DNA of 64,000 nucleotides from a virus (lineage: Duplodnaviria; Heunggongvirae; Uroviricota; Caudoviricetes): the IMG/VR virus record IMGVR_UViG_3300048593_000385. One strand, written 5' to 3'. Positions 63,344 through 64,000 of this stretch are shown in pieces. Both the position numbers and the translations under genes were made by a program. The notes beneath the pieces were generated by a model. The model did not search any database. It was not told the origin of the DNA and saw only the letters and a list, made by a program, of their open reading frames with translations. Numbering within the stretch: position 1 is the stretch's first letter; each line of letters opens with the position of its first letter.

Positions 63344-64000
63344 ATCCATTCGGATTTAAGTTTTTCAATCCATCACAATTCTTTTTGTGGTTGAAGAACG
63401 TCATGACTTGGTTTCTGTTCCCTGAAGCCTTGAATGAAATATGAATCCAAGGATTTTTGCTTCCTGTGCTCTTATATTCTAAGAGCAATTGATCATACGG
63501 AACATTGTTTTTGATCCATTTGGCAATTTCATAATATTGTCTGCGCGAACAGTTAAACTGCATATCTGCTGCCTGCCCCTGTAAATGCTGTGACTTTGTT
63601 GCGCCGCCTTTAGGAACAAAGTTTCTATAGCCCGATGTAACTTTCATATCAGGGAATTTGACCTTGATTTTTTCAAGGCAGTTCTGAGCCAGCAGCTGTA
63701 GATTCTGAACAATTCTCTCAGAGTTTGGACCGCTGACAGCACAGGGTGTTGCTGCAGCGTGCGTAGAAACAAATGACAGCTGAATGCGAGTAGAAAGTCT
63801 AATGTTATCTGGTGGTCGAGTTCCAACATTTCTAATTGTTGGCTTGCTCATTACGATAGCTCTTGCTCCTTTAGCAGCTCCACCAGTGCTTCCACTGTTT
63901 GGCTCATCATAAGTCTCTCCGCTACCATCAGTTGGAGGTGTGTTATCTGACTCGCCACCACCTTCGGGTGGAGCATCCATTTCTTCTCTTGTGACAATTC
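63342..64000 (-). CDS. Peptidase M15-domain protein (peptidoglycan peptidase), 5' end outside window
   Basis: VTSGYR, SQHLQGQAAD (SxHxxGxAxD), YDQL, WIHIS; the frame is open upstream of ATG 63980 to the window edge. Confidence 0.82.
   Translation of the reverse strand, partial: IVTREEMDAPPEGGGESDNTPPTDGSGETYDEPNSGSTGGAAKGARAIVMSKPTIRNVGTRPPDNIRLSTRIQLSFVSTHAAATPCAVSGPNSERIVQNLQLLAQNCLEKIKVKFPDMKVTSGYRNFVPKGGATKSQHLQGQAADMQFNCSRRQYYEIAKWIKNNVPYDQLLLEYKSTGSKNPWIHISFKASGNRNQVMTFFNHKKNCDGLKNLNPNG

Overview
This is a 64 kb segment of a large T4-like myophage. The host is probably an alphaproteobacterium, possibly a sphingomonad; this is inferred only from the phage-borne outer-membrane protein and a METTL20-like methyltransferase. 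On the minus strand, from 56.2 kb down to 0, lies a late virion module: baseplate gp25, gp6, gp7 and gp8, a two-part DUF4815/VrlC-like protein, about 25 kb of giant fibre and lectin genes, then neck, tail and packaging genes gp13-gp20. The portal gene is absent from the ORF track because it runs off the left edge. At least six exact TATAAATA late promoters punctuate this module. Between the fibres and gp13 (8.8-16.9 kb) is the most unusual element. Two paralogous Gly/Pro-rich repeat proteins are followed by candidate modifying enzymes: two 2OG-Fe(II) oxygenases, a GT60/Gnt1-like glycosyltransferase, two DUF6065-like proteins, a glutamine-synthetase-family ligase and a protein methyltransferase, all behind late-type promoters. 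I interpret this as a candidate phage-encoded post-translational modification system for virion proteins; this is inference. From 56.3 to 63.3 kb a plus-strand early block has four near-identical sigma70-type promoters with a palindromic spacer, a structured leader RNA, rnh, a speD-like gene, a cytidylyltransferase and an OMP beta-barrel, ending at a terminator. A peptidase M15 gene runs off the right edge. I saw no tRNA, CRISPR array, intron, intein, integrase or transposase. All family assignments come from motif recognition by eye, not database searches.
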